Source: Coprobacillaceae bacterium
GTDB taxonomy: Bacteria; Bacillota_I; Bacilli_A; Erysipelotrichales; Coprobacillaceae
Direction: 5' to 3'
Length of the DNA: 32,000 bases
Assembly (NCBI GenBank): GCA_963675515.1
Contig: OY776328.1
Coordinates: forward strand, 2,790,001 to 2,822,000
Position 1 is the stretch's first letter. Each line of letters starts with the position of its first letter. A program made the position numbers and the translations under genes. Shown one piece after another: positions 7,895-15,337 of this stretch. The notes under the pieces were generated by a model. The model was given only the letters and a program-made list of their open reading frames with translations, ran no database searches and had not been told where the DNA came from.

Positions 7895-8220
7895 GGATTT
7901 CACCCTTCCTTTTTTGTCTGTCAACGGCAGGTGAAGCCCATTTTTTCGAGAAATGGCTTAAATTGGTGTCTTGTTCTCTCCTAAAAAAATAATTCATCCT
8001 CTGAAAGGATTTGTTTTCAAGCGATTCAATTCCTATTAGTTCTCTCCTGAATTCTCTCTTTTCTGCAAAAAAATCAACTTTTTGACCTAAAATTGGGCAT
8101 TTCTGGGACCCATTCGAACTCATGGGTTTCGAGGCTTTTTTGAGTTTTTATCGTCCAGGACACCTGATAATACTGCGTTTGTAGGTTCCGGTATCTTCCA
8201 CTAAAGTCGACTAAAGGTGA

Positions 8221-8427
8221 TTATCTTATGAATGAAATGAACGTCTCGAAATCCATATCATTCGCATATAACAACGCCCTGATTACAGAGTTCATGTCGT
8301 CGACTTCTCCGTCGGTCGTTATTACTGTCCGGGCAATTTCTTTGTTTGAAGCTGTGTTATCATTAATTAAGCTACATCCGCTAAGCAAAAGAGCTCCCGC
8401 CATTATTGGTGCCAATATCTTTTTCAC
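8221..8427 (-). pseudogene. 5' stump of a chromosomal lipoprotein gene (DUF1593 / nucleoside-hydrolase-like N-terminus)
   Basis: A GTG start at 8427 follows GGAGGG. The signal peptide with lipobox is MKKILAPIMAGALLLSGC. RTVITTDGEVDDMNSVIRALLYANDMDFE then matches the N-terminal motif of that family as I remember it. The frame runs into unrelated sequence and stops after about 68 codons. Confidence 0.55.
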
Positions 8428-8441
8428 TTCTTTCCCTCCAA

Positions 8442-8449
8442 AATATATC
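8442..8449. repeat. Target-site duplication AATATATC, left copy, of the outer IS6-like element
   Basis: Identical octamer at 15338-15345. It lies directly outside the 12-bp terminal inverted repeat. Confidence 0.8.
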
Positions 8450-8673
8450 GGTAGTGTCAAAACCAGTTAGTTATTTATAGCCATAATTAACTGGAAAACC
8501 GCAGTCTACCTTGATTTTATCTATATATTAGTCAACCCCCTCTGGAATTGACATATAACTTAGCCATTTCATTGTACAAAAAAGGTAATAGCTCCTATAA
8601 TTGTAAGTGACAAAACCACAAGTAAAGGAGAACTATTACCATGGCTAAGATTATATCACTAATCATCAGATTA

Positions 8674-8681
8674 TTAAATAT
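8674..8681. repeat. TTAAATAT, copy 1 (left flank of ISL3)
   Basis: Read directly; abuts the ISL3 inverted repeat starting at 8682. Confidence 0.9.
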
Positions 8682-10055
8682 GGCTCTTCGCTGTTTGGTG
8701 TGGGTAGCTACCATTAAGCCTTTGCGACAACCGCTTCAAGATTGAGCTTGCCACACACCAAATATATCAGTGTTTTGAAGTATTCGTCATTCCGAAATCC
8801 TCTTGCCCTGGTCTTGATGTTTTGGATAATACTGTTCATTCCTTCTAGAATTGCATTGGTGTACCTGAACCTGAAATAGTTGAGAATTTCCTCCCAGTGA
8901 TTGCGGATTAACTTCGCGAATTTCTTCATTGGTTCGAGTCTGGAATGCATCATCCATGAGCACAGTTTTTTGAGTCCTCTGGTTGCCTCTTCAACGGTGT
9001 CGCTGGATTCATAAACATCTTGTAGTGCGAGTCGCATATTGTAGGCTCGGGCTGTCTTAAGGTTTAACTTGGCTAAATCAAATTTCTTCTGCTTTTGATT
9101 CTCGGTCAAGTTACTCTCATTCTTTAACCAGATGTACTTGGTTTTCTTTAATAAGAAATTGGTGCGCACTTCATCTTTACGGACTTTGTCTACTGCCTCG
9201 TTGGCGTGTTTTACTACATGAAATTTATCGATAACAGTATTGCTGTTTTTGAAATTTTCTTTGATACCTTTTTTGAAACCTAACGACATGTCGCAAGTAA
9301 TGATATTGATAAGCTCTGGATCACCGCCATGTTCCTTGAAGTCCACTACGAAATTATCCACTGTTTTAGAGTCTTTTCCTGGGGTAACGTTGATTACCTT
9401 GCGCTTGGCAAGGTCAACGGCTACAGTGATGTAGTTGTGGCCCTTCTTGCTTGTTTCGTCAATACCGATGGCTGTAACATCTGAATAATCTTCTAGTTTC
9501 CGAGCCTCATTGACGTAATGCTTGATGAAGCGCCAAAGCCGTGTGTCATGTTCATCGATCATTTGAGCAATGCGAGAAACCGGAAGATGCTTAGCCAACT
9601 CTACTACCCAACCTTCAAAAAGCAGGGTAAAACCTGATCCCGGTCTTGCCCATGGTACTTGAACAGTTTGAGGACCGTGATTATTGCAATTTACCCGTGG
9701 CAAGTCAGCGTGGATGAATGTCTTGTATTGGAAGAAATTGAGATGTCTCCAGGTCCTTTTGGTTGTATCATATGCAGTTCCACTTTCATTACATCCATCA
9801 ACCGGACAAGGGAATTTACCGCCTTTGGTAAAACCGATATTAATATGCAATTCCATGCCCTTGTCGGTATCCAAAAAATTGACATCGGAAACAGTCCAAG
9901 GTTCACCTAAGTTAAGAGCTTTTGTAAATAAGTCCAAAGTATACATAATCATTACCTCGTTATCGCTAGTAGTTTATGGATACAATTTTAGGTCATTTTA
10001 ACTAGAAGCACAAGAGGCTATACACCTGCTTACCCATAGTAAACAGCGAAAGGCC
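8682..10055 (-). mobile_element. ISL3-family insertion sequence (1374 bp)
   Basis: The inverted repeats are GGCTCTTCGCTGTTTGGTGTGGGTA (8682 onward) and GGCCTTTCGCTGTTTACTATGGGTA (reverse complement from 10055), about 20 of 25 identical. It is flanked by the 8-bp repeat TTAAATAT. Confidence 0.9.
8714..9952 (-). CDS. ISL3-family transposase
   Basis: It has the N-terminal zinc-finger-like region (FPCPVDGCNESG...WRHLNFFQYKTFIHADLPRVNC) and a DDE_Tnp_ISL3-like body. Spacing from GAGG suggests the real start may be the second ATG at 9946. Confidence 0.9.
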   Translation of the reverse strand: MIMYTLDLFTKALNLGEPWTVSDVNFLDTDKGMELHINIGFTKGGKFPCPVDGCNESGTAYDTTKRTWRHLNFFQYKTFIHADLPRVNCNNHGPQTVQVPWARPGSGFTLLFEGWVVELAKHLPVSRIAQMIDEHDTRLWRFIKHYVNEARKLEDYSDVTAIGIDETSKKGHNYITVAVDLAKRKVINVTPGKDSKTVDNFVVDFKEHGGDPELINIITCDMSLGFKKGIKENFKNSNTVIDKFHVVKHANEAVDKVRKDEVRTNFLLKKTKYIWLKNESNLTENQKQKKFDLAKLNLKTARAYNMRLALQDVYESSDTVEEATRGLKKLCSWMMHSRLEPMKKFAKLIRNHWEEILNYFRFRYTNAILEGMNSIIQNIKTRARGFRNDEYFKTLIYLVCGKLNLEAVVAKA

Positions 10056-10063
10056 TTAAATAT
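10056..10063. repeat. TTAAATAT, copy 2 (between ISL3 and IS1595)
   Basis: Read directly. It is the only DNA separating the two IS termini. Confidence 0.9.
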
Positions 10064-11175
10064 CTTAATTAACCATCAGATACATGTACTTGAAAAATAA
10101 GATTCTGCTAAGTTGAGAACCGTTATGATTTTTCTTCTTGGCATCGGTGATGAAAGAAGCAGATATTTTCTTATCTTGTCCATGAAATAAGCACCTGTAT
10201 AACGGTGGTTGAAGCGCCACTCCTGCTCATTTAAGAATAAAGGCAGATCCCGCTTTGCTACGCCATGATATATTCCAGTGATATTGTTTTTGATATCACC
10301 AATCAAAGTGTTAATCCAATACAAGCGATGATCATCCTCTTTGTAAATGATCTTTTCCTTACACAACTCAATCTCATCCTCAATTTTGTTAAATGTAGTT
10401 TTGCCATCGGTATTCAGTTTTCGATCCTTTGATAGTTTGATGCTCTTCGAGATGACATTTTTTACCTGGATTTGATTGTCGGTTGGAATAGGGTGAAGTT
10501 TGATGTATTTTGGGTAATGATTTTCTGCATCCGTCGAAAGTACGACCAAAAAAGGCTGTTGCTCTGTAGCACAACCTTGACGATTCTTCTCTTTGCTCTT
10601 GGATCCAATATATGCGACGTCAGCTTCATAAAACAAGCTATCGAGCATCTTTTCACTACAGCTTTGAGCCATCAAAATTCGACATTTTCTGGCAAGAAGT
10701 AAGGCTGTTTTGTAATTGACGTCGAGTTCACTTGCAAGTTCTATTGCTGATACACCTTTATTAGCAGTAAAGAAAATATACATACCCAAGATCAGTTTGT
10801 AAAGTTCAAGTTTGGTATCCTGGAATATGGTTCCAGCAAGCAAATAATGCTGATGTTTGCATTCCTTGCATTGGTAAGCTTTTCTACTTTCAATGAAGTA
10901 GTAATGCATGCAACCGCACTTTTCACAGAAGAACCCTTCAGGCCACTTGATAGTGAAGAAGAACTTGACACATTCATCATTGTCGTTAGCATATTTTCTA
11001 GTAAGAGTTATTAAAGAATCTTTCTTTGGTTTTAGTTTGTTTCCCATTGATATCACCTCGGTATTATCATACCAAAGGTTAGGAAAAGCATCACTAAAAA
11101 CCTAAGATTTAGAAGTCGTAGAAACGGTTTGTAAATCATTATTAAATTTAAGGATGTATTTGGTGGTTAATTAAG
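10064..11175 (-). mobile_element. IS1595-family insertion sequence (1112 bp)
   Basis: The inverted repeats are CTTAATTAACCATCAGATACAT (10064 onward) and CTTAATTAACCACCAAATACAT (reverse complement from 11175), 20 of 22 identical. It is flanked by the 8-bp repeat TTAAATAT. Confidence 0.85.
10076..11047 (-). CDS. IS1595-family transposase
   Basis: It has the N-terminal transposase zinc ribbon (WPEGFFCEKCGCMHYYFIESRKAYQCKECKHQ...AGTIFQDTKL) followed by a DDE domain. The ATG at 11047 sits 6 nt after GAGGTG; the ORF-track GTG at 11056 lies inside that ribosome-binding site. Confidence 0.85.
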   Translation of the reverse strand: MGNKLKPKKDSLITLTRKYANDNDECVKFFFTIKWPEGFFCEKCGCMHYYFIESRKAYQCKECKHQHYLLAGTIFQDTKLELYKLILGMYIFFTANKGVSAIELASELDVNYKTALLLARKCRILMAQSCSEKMLDSLFYEADVAYIGSKSKEKNRQGCATEQQPFLVVLSTDAENHYPKYIKLHPIPTDNQIQVKNVISKSIKLSKDRKLNTDGKTTFNKIEDEIELCKEKIIYKEDDHRLYWINTLIGDIKNNITGIYHGVAKRDLPLFLNEQEWRFNHRYTGAYFMDKIRKYLLLSSPMPRRKIITVLNLAESYFSSTCI

Positions 11176-11183
11176 TTAAATAT
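11176..11183. repeat. TTAAATAT, copy 3 (right flank of IS1595)
   Basis: Read directly; abuts the IS1595 inverted repeat ending at 11175. Confidence 0.9.
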
Positions 11184-11217
11184 CATCAATAAACTTTCTT
11201 TCAAATTCGAGTGCTTT

Positions 11218-12612
11218 TTGATGAAATTTCTGCCTCATGATCCTAACCCCATCATAATGAGTGAGCAGTATCGTAAGTTCAAAATTGATCCACTTCCCTT
11301 CATCAAGGAAGAAAACATGCCAATCACTTTCGATGAAGCTGTCGAAATCTATAAATCCAAACATAACGGTCATTTGCCTAAACCTATCAGCAGACGGGTT
11401 CCTTTAAACGTGCCTGATAATACGTCATGCCCTCATTGCGGTGCGCCGGTCGATTACCTTTACGATAACAAGTCTGGCAAGATCTCAATGCAATGCCGCT
11501 GTAAGGTGTGTGATACTGGCTTCACCCCTGGTAAGAGTTACGTCCAACAGGTTTCCCACTATTGCCCTTATTGCGGACAAAAACTGGAAAAACACCATGA
11601 GCGTGAACATTTCACTGTTTATCGTTGCGGCAATTACAAATGTTCCTACTACAAACACAACCTCAAATCCCTCAATAGTAAAGAGAAAAAGCTATACAAG
11701 AAAAATTCTTCGGCTTTCAAACTCCACTACATTACGAGGGTTTTTAGTGCGTCAATCGAGCAACTTGAACAACTCCAAGCCACCGTTATGCCAACTAAAG
11801 TTCAACTTTCAAATATCAGAAATTCAGACCAGGTCCTTGGTTTGATTCTTACATTCCACATCAATTATGGCCTATCCTTGCGCAAAACAGCTTTGATTCT
11901 AAGAGAAGTTCACGACATTGCCGTATCCCATCAAACCGTTGCCAACTACGCAGAAGCTGCCAGCTGCCTAATTAGTTCATGGTTAAACAATTACCAATAT
12001 GACGGATTGACTGAAGATCAATGCGGAGACGAGACTTACGTGAAAATCAAAGGCAAGAAAGCCTATGTTTTCTTCATGTGCGACAGCGTCAAGAGAATCA
12101 TAACCTCACATAATATATTCATTAAAAGAGATACCTTCTCAGCGATCCAAGCATTCTATTCGGTCATCAGAAAGTTTAAAGCCATTCCCGAAGGCTTGAA
12201 TTTTGTGGTAGATGGAAACCCGATTTATATCGTAGCTCAGCAATACTTTCAGATGAACAAAATCAAATTCGCCGTTCATCAGGTTATCGGTTTAGAAAAC
12301 AATGATGATACATCGAAACAGTATCGACCACAAAAGCAGATAATAGAAAGACTTAATCGAACATTCAAATTCTCGTACTACGTCAAGAACGGATTTTCCA
12401 ACATCAAGAGAGCCAATGAATTCATGGATCTCTTCACTACGTATTTCAACTTCCTGAGAAATCACAGTACCTTGAAATACAAACCGCCGGTGCTCCTAAA
12501 AGAGTTAGAAGGGATCACCAACATGCCAAGAAAATGGAACATCATAATCAAAATGGCGACAGACTACAACTACCAGATATTGAACAACCAGCAAGCAGAT
12601 CACTCTCACTAA
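11218..12612 (+). CDS. Large DDE transposase, IS6 (IS240-type)-like catalytic core with a multi-CxxC Zn-ribbon N-terminus
   Basis: DETYVKIKGKKAYVF, VVDGNPIY and IERLNRTFK give a DDE-like spacing. The N-terminus carries CPHCG, CKVC, CPYCG and CGNYKC motifs. The start is ambiguous. ATG 11317 has an AAGGAAG ribosome-binding site. The frame is also open back through the TTAAATAT site and joins in phase to ATG 8641, which has an AAAGGAG ribosome-binding site. Confidence 0.75.
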   Translation: MMKFLPHDPNPIIMSEQYRKFKIDPLPFIKEENMPITFDEAVEIYKSKHNGHLPKPISRRVPLNVPDNTSCPHCGAPVDYLYDNKSGKISMQCRCKVCDTGFTPGKSYVQQVSHYCPYCGQKLEKHHEREHFTVYRCGNYKCSYYKHNLKSLNSKEKKLYKKNSSAFKLHYITRVFSASIEQLEQLQATVMPTKVQLSNIRNSDQVLGLILTFHINYGLSLRKTALILREVHDIAVSHQTVANYAEAASCLISSWLNNYQYDGLTEDQCGDETYVKIKGKKAYVFFMCDSVKRIITSHNIFIKRDTFSAIQAFYSVIRKFKAIPEGLNFVVDGNPIYIVAQQYFQMNKIKFAVHQVIGLENNDDTSKQYRPQKQIIERLNRTFKFSYYVKNGFSNIKRANEFMDLFTTYFNFLRNHSTLKYKPPVLLKELEGITNMPRKWNIIIKMATDYNYQILNNQQADHSH

Positions 12613-12725
12613 TCATTCATTCTTTTCATACTGATGCTAGAATAGAAACTGTACTAGTGAAATGGAAGAATTTCCATCAATGTGGTAGAATGTCATAAAC
12701 TAAAAATTATGATGGAGATCGAGAT

Positions 12726-13016
12726 ATGAGTAGACCAATTTACACAGATGAATTTAAACAAGACGTTGTTCAGTATGTTGCTGATCACCCTGAAGAATCC
12801 AAGATAGCTGTTTCCAAGCGTTTTGGCATTTCAGACGCCACGATTCACAAATGGCTCAAAGATGCTGGTGCAAACAACGGGGTAGTTGCTTCAAGAGGTA
12901 GCGGGAATTTTTCCAGCGATGAAGCAAAAGAAATTGCGAGACTGAAGAAAGAACTCAAGGATACCAAGGATGCGCTAGATGTCCTAAAAAAGGCTATTGG
13001 CATACTGGGGAAATAA
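12726..13016 (+). CDS. IS3-family transposase OrfA (HTH)
   Basis: 96 aa containing RFGISDATIHKWLK and a leucine-zipper-like C-terminus. Ends just after the slippery site. Confidence 0.9.
   Translation: MSRPIYTDEFKQDVVQYVADHPEESKIAVSKRFGISDATIHKWLKDAGANNGVVASRGSGNFSSDEAKEIARLKKELKDTKDALDVLKKAIGILGK
12986..12992 (+). other. Programmed -1 ribosomal frameshift heptamer A_AAA_AAG
   Basis: In the orfA frame the codons read CTA AAA AAG. The -1 frame is open from 12992 straight into orfB, with no stop before 13082. Confidence 0.75.
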
Positions 13017-13081
13017 CAAAACAAAAAATCTACGCCGCAGTAGAAGAACAAGGCAAAAAAGCCAAAATTTCTGTTTCCAGT

Positions 13082-13903
13082 GTGCTAAACAAACTAGGAG
13101 TAAGCAAATCAGGATATTGCAATTATTTGAAAAGAACACCATCAAAGCAAAAGGGCAGAAAAGCCATTCTAGCAAAGGAAATCAAGGAAATACATGACGA
13201 TTCCAAGCAGATCTACGGCACCCCTAAAATAACTGACCTGCTTGGAAATCAGGCCAAAAAAATCAGTGAAAAATATGTGGGCAATATTATGAAAGAAAAC
13301 AACATGAGAGCCCACTATATCCGACCTTATACAGTGACCACCAAAGATTGTGACTTTTCAAATAAACTTAGAAATATCCTTAAACGTGATTTTAACCCCA
13401 AAAAACCTAATGGTGCCTGGTGTACCGATATTACTTATGTGTGGACTCAGGATGACGGATTTGTATACCTGACCAGCATAATGGATCTTTATTCTAGGCG
13501 GATAATTGCCTGGACATTGAGCGACACCTTAAGTTCCGAGGCAGTGCTTAAATGCCTGGCGGAAGCCAAACAGAGACGTAACACAGATGACCCTATTGTC
13601 ATACATTCTGACCGAGGTGTGCAATTTACTTCGAAACTATTCAAGGAAATGACTGAAGATATGGTTACCAGCTACTCCGACAAAGGTAACCCTTGGGATA
13701 ACGCTTGTATCGAATCTTTTCACGCACTAATCAAGCGAGAATGGACAAATCGTTTTATAATACAAGATTATCACCATGCTTATCGCATAATATTTGAATA
13801 TATTGAAGGGTTCTATAACACGGTGCGAATACATTCACACTGTGGGTATTTATCACCAAATCAATTTGAAAAGAATTACATTAACCTAAGCAAGGCAAGT
13901 TAA
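13082..13903 (+). CDS. IS3-family transposase OrfB (rve DDE integrase core), expressed as an OrfAB fusion from about 12992
   Basis: WCTDITYV..., IHSDRGVQFTS and NACIESFHALIKRE give the DD(35)E-type signature. It lies in the -1 frame relative to orfA. Confidence 0.9.
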   Translation: MLNKLGVSKSGYCNYLKRTPSKQKGRKAILAKEIKEIHDDSKQIYGTPKITDLLGNQAKKISEKYVGNIMKENNMRAHYIRPYTVTTKDCDFSNKLRNILKRDFNPKKPNGAWCTDITYVWTQDDGFVYLTSIMDLYSRRIIAWTLSDTLSSEAVLKCLAEAKQRRNTDDPIVIHSDRGVQFTSKLFKEMTEDMVTSYSDKGNPWDNACIESFHALIKREWTNRFIIQDYHHAYRIIFEYIEGFYNTVRIHSHCGYLSPNQFEKNYINLSKAS

Positions 13904-13938
13904 ATTCTTACATTTAATTTGTCCTAAATATTGACATA

Positions 13939-13946
13939 GTACCATA
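13939..13946. repeat. Target-site duplication GTACCATA, left copy, of IS256
   Basis: Identical octamer at 15314-15321. These are also the last 8 nt of the IS3 right inverted repeat. Confidence 0.9.
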
Positions 13947-15313
13947 GGTAGTGTCAATATTTTTGTGTAAATTTGTAAAATTAGTTCTTACTGATCATCT
14001 TGGTTATTCTTCTTCTAGCAGGAACCAACGTTCGTAAGATATTCCTTTGAATCCCTTATGGGTATGGTTCATGAATTTTTGGTTATATTGTTCAAATTGC
14101 GAAACGATGTATTTCTCCACAGCTTCCTCATTTGGGAATTGTTCTTTAGCCTTGATTTTCCGCTTGAGCTGTTTATTGAAACCTTCGATCAGGTTTGTTG
14201 TATATATGCTCTTGCGTACCGATTCAGGGAACAAATAGAAAGTGAATAGATTTGAATTCTCTTCAAGTGATTTTGCCACTTTTGGGTATTTTTGCCCCCA
14301 TTTGGTGATGAACTCCTTAAGCTCTTCACTCGCCGCTTTTTCAGTTTCGCAATTGTAAACTCGCTTAAAATCCTGTGCAATCTCACTACGGTCTTTCACT
14401 CTTGCTTTGGCTGTAATGTTTCTTGAAACATGCACCAGGCAACGTTGGATTTTGGCCATCGGAAAAGTGTCTTCAATGGCGTTCTCAACACCGGTTAGCC
14501 CGTCAGTACAGAATAACGCAACCGCTTCCAAACCGCGTGTTTTGAACTCTTCAAACAGTTCCCGCCATGTTGTTGCGGATTCGGTTGGCGCAATTGAATA
14601 TCCTAGTATTTCCTTTGTTCCCTCTAGAGTCACTCCTATAGCGATATGAACCGCCTCTTTAGACACGGTATCGCGCCGCAAAGGAATAACTGTAGCGTCG
14701 GTATAAACAACTGCGTATTGCTTGTTTAACGGGCGATTTTTAAAGGCTTCAACATGGGCAACTATTTCCTTAGTAATATTGGAAACTGTCTGTCTGGAGT
14801 ATTTCTTGCCGTAGATTGATTCAACAGTTTTTACAATGTCGCTGTTGGTCATCCCTGAATTAAATAGATCGATGACAGTGTTGGTGGTAGCTAGATCGTT
14901 TCGCTGATATTTAGGGACCAGCGGTGAATCAAAGTCCCCTTGACGGTCACGTGGTATGCGCAGGTTCAACACACCATATTTAGTGTTGTAATCGCGGTTG
15001 TAATAGCCATTTCTTGAATTCGAATTCTCAGATCGGTCATATTTCTCATAATCAAGAAAAACGGTAAGTTCGGACTTCAAAATATCGTTGATGGCATTCT
15101 CCAATTCGCTCCGGAAAAGTTCTGAGACTACTTGCTCAAAAGCTGGCAGATTATTATCATTTGATATTAGACTTCTAAGTAAAGTTGTTGTAAAATAGTT
15201 CATGGGTGTAATCCTCTCGTAAATTGTTTTCGTCGAACTAATTTTACAAGGGTTGCACCCTTTTTTCTACTTAAAAGTTGAAATCCTATTTACACAAAAT
15301 ATTTTACACTATC
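13947..15313 (-). mobile_element. IS256-family insertion sequence (1367 bp)
   Basis: The inverted repeats are GGTAGTGTCAATATTTTTGTGTAAAT (13947 onward) and GATAGTGTAAAATATTTTGTGTAAAT (reverse complement from 15313), 21 of 26 identical. A perfect 8-bp target duplication flanks it. Confidence 0.9.
14004..15203 (-). CDS. IS256-family (Transposase_mut) transposase
   Basis: 399 aa with family-typical RNGYYNRDYNTKYG...LRIPRDRQGDF, ...YTDATVIP..., ...CTDGLTG... and ...IQRCLVH... motifs. Confidence 0.9.
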   Translation of the reverse strand: MNYFTTTLLRSLISNDNNLPAFEQVVSELFRSELENAINDILKSELTVFLDYEKYDRSENSNSRNGYYNRDYNTKYGVLNLRIPRDRQGDFDSPLVPKYQRNDLATTNTVIDLFNSGMTNSDIVKTVESIYGKKYSRQTVSNITKEIVAHVEAFKNRPLNKQYAVVYTDATVIPLRRDTVSKEAVHIAIGVTLEGTKEILGYSIAPTESATTWRELFEEFKTRGLEAVALFCTDGLTGVENAIEDTFPMAKIQRCLVHVSRNITAKARVKDRSEIAQDFKRVYNCETEKAASEELKEFITKWGQKYPKVAKSLEENSNLFTFYLFPESVRKSIYTTNLIEGFNKQLKRKIKAKEQFPNEEAVEKYIVSQFEQYNQKFMNHTHKGFKGISYERWFLLEEE

Positions 15314-15321
15314 GTACCATA
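15314..15321. repeat. Target-site duplication GTACCATA, right copy, of IS256
   Basis: Read directly. Confidence 0.9.
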
Positions 15322-15337
15322 CCTATTTGACACTACC

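Larger units (their letters stand above)
1..8245 (-). mobile_element. Partial plasmid-like integrative (possibly conjugative) element; only its maintenance and cargo end is in the window
   Basis: A co-directional block of ParA, ParB, a DUF6017-type initiator-like protein, DUF4406, AbiE and HTH/excisionase-like genes is typical of Clostridia/Erysipelotrichia integrative elements. The right boundary is inferred from where a chromosomal lipoprotein reading frame loses its family-like sequence (about 8245). No integrase or type IV secretion genes are in the window. Confidence 0.5.
12681..13946 (+). mobile_element. IS3-family insertion sequence; ends approximate
   Basis: orfA and orfB sit in the 0 and -1 frames with an A_AAA_AAG slippery site. 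The left end TGTGGTAGAATGTCAT matches the reverse complement of the right end TATGGTACTATGTCAA at 12 of 15 positions (16 of 25 extended). I could not find a clean 3-4-bp target duplication. Confidence 0.7.
8450..15337 (+). mobile_element. Large IS6-like insertion sequence (about 1.75 kb of its own DNA) carrying four nested ISs
   Basis: The terminal inverted repeat GGTAGTGTCAAA is at 8450-8461, with its reverse complement at 15326-15337. A perfect 8-bp direct repeat AATATATC flanks it. Its own DNA is 8450-8681, 11184-12680 and 15322-15337, and encodes the Zn-ribbon DDE transposase. Confidence 0.7.

Noticed and set aside
7860-8123. 87-aa minus-strand ORF upstream of, and overlapping, the HTH gene start
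   Set aside because: It has no ribosome-binding site and overlaps the better-supported start at 7894. Its sequence is low-complexity and basic. The region is more likely 5' UTR or element-end DNA.
8228-8470. 80-aa plus-strand ORF over the lipoprotein stump, and the 65-aa minus-strand ORF at 11176..11373
   Set aside because: Both are antisense to better-explained features (the lipoprotein N-terminus with signal peptide, and the transposase 5' region). Neither has a ribosome-binding site or a recognisable motif.
8564-12665. Inner inverted repeat CCATTTCATTGTACA (8564-8578) against the reverse complement of GTACTAGTGAAATGG (12651-12665), first considered as the ends of the IS6-like element
   Set aside because: It matches at only about 14 of 16 positions with a gap and has no flanking target duplication. 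The outer pair at 8450 and 15337, with a perfect 8-bp duplication, explains the element far better. The inner pair may be subterminal binding sites or chance.
12678-13950. Target-site duplication for the IS3 element
   Set aside because: I tried ends at 12681 or 12683 and at 13944 or 13946. The flanking triplets (CAA or ATG against CCT or TAC) do not match, so no duplication is claimed and the IS3 ends are reported as approximate.
13947-15337. Alternative reading in which the GGTAGTGTCAA at 15327-15337 is a second right end used by IS256
   Set aside because: That boundary gives no matching duplication (GTACCATA against AATATATC). The 13947-15313 boundary gives a perfect 8-bp duplication and a 21-of-26 inverted repeat.
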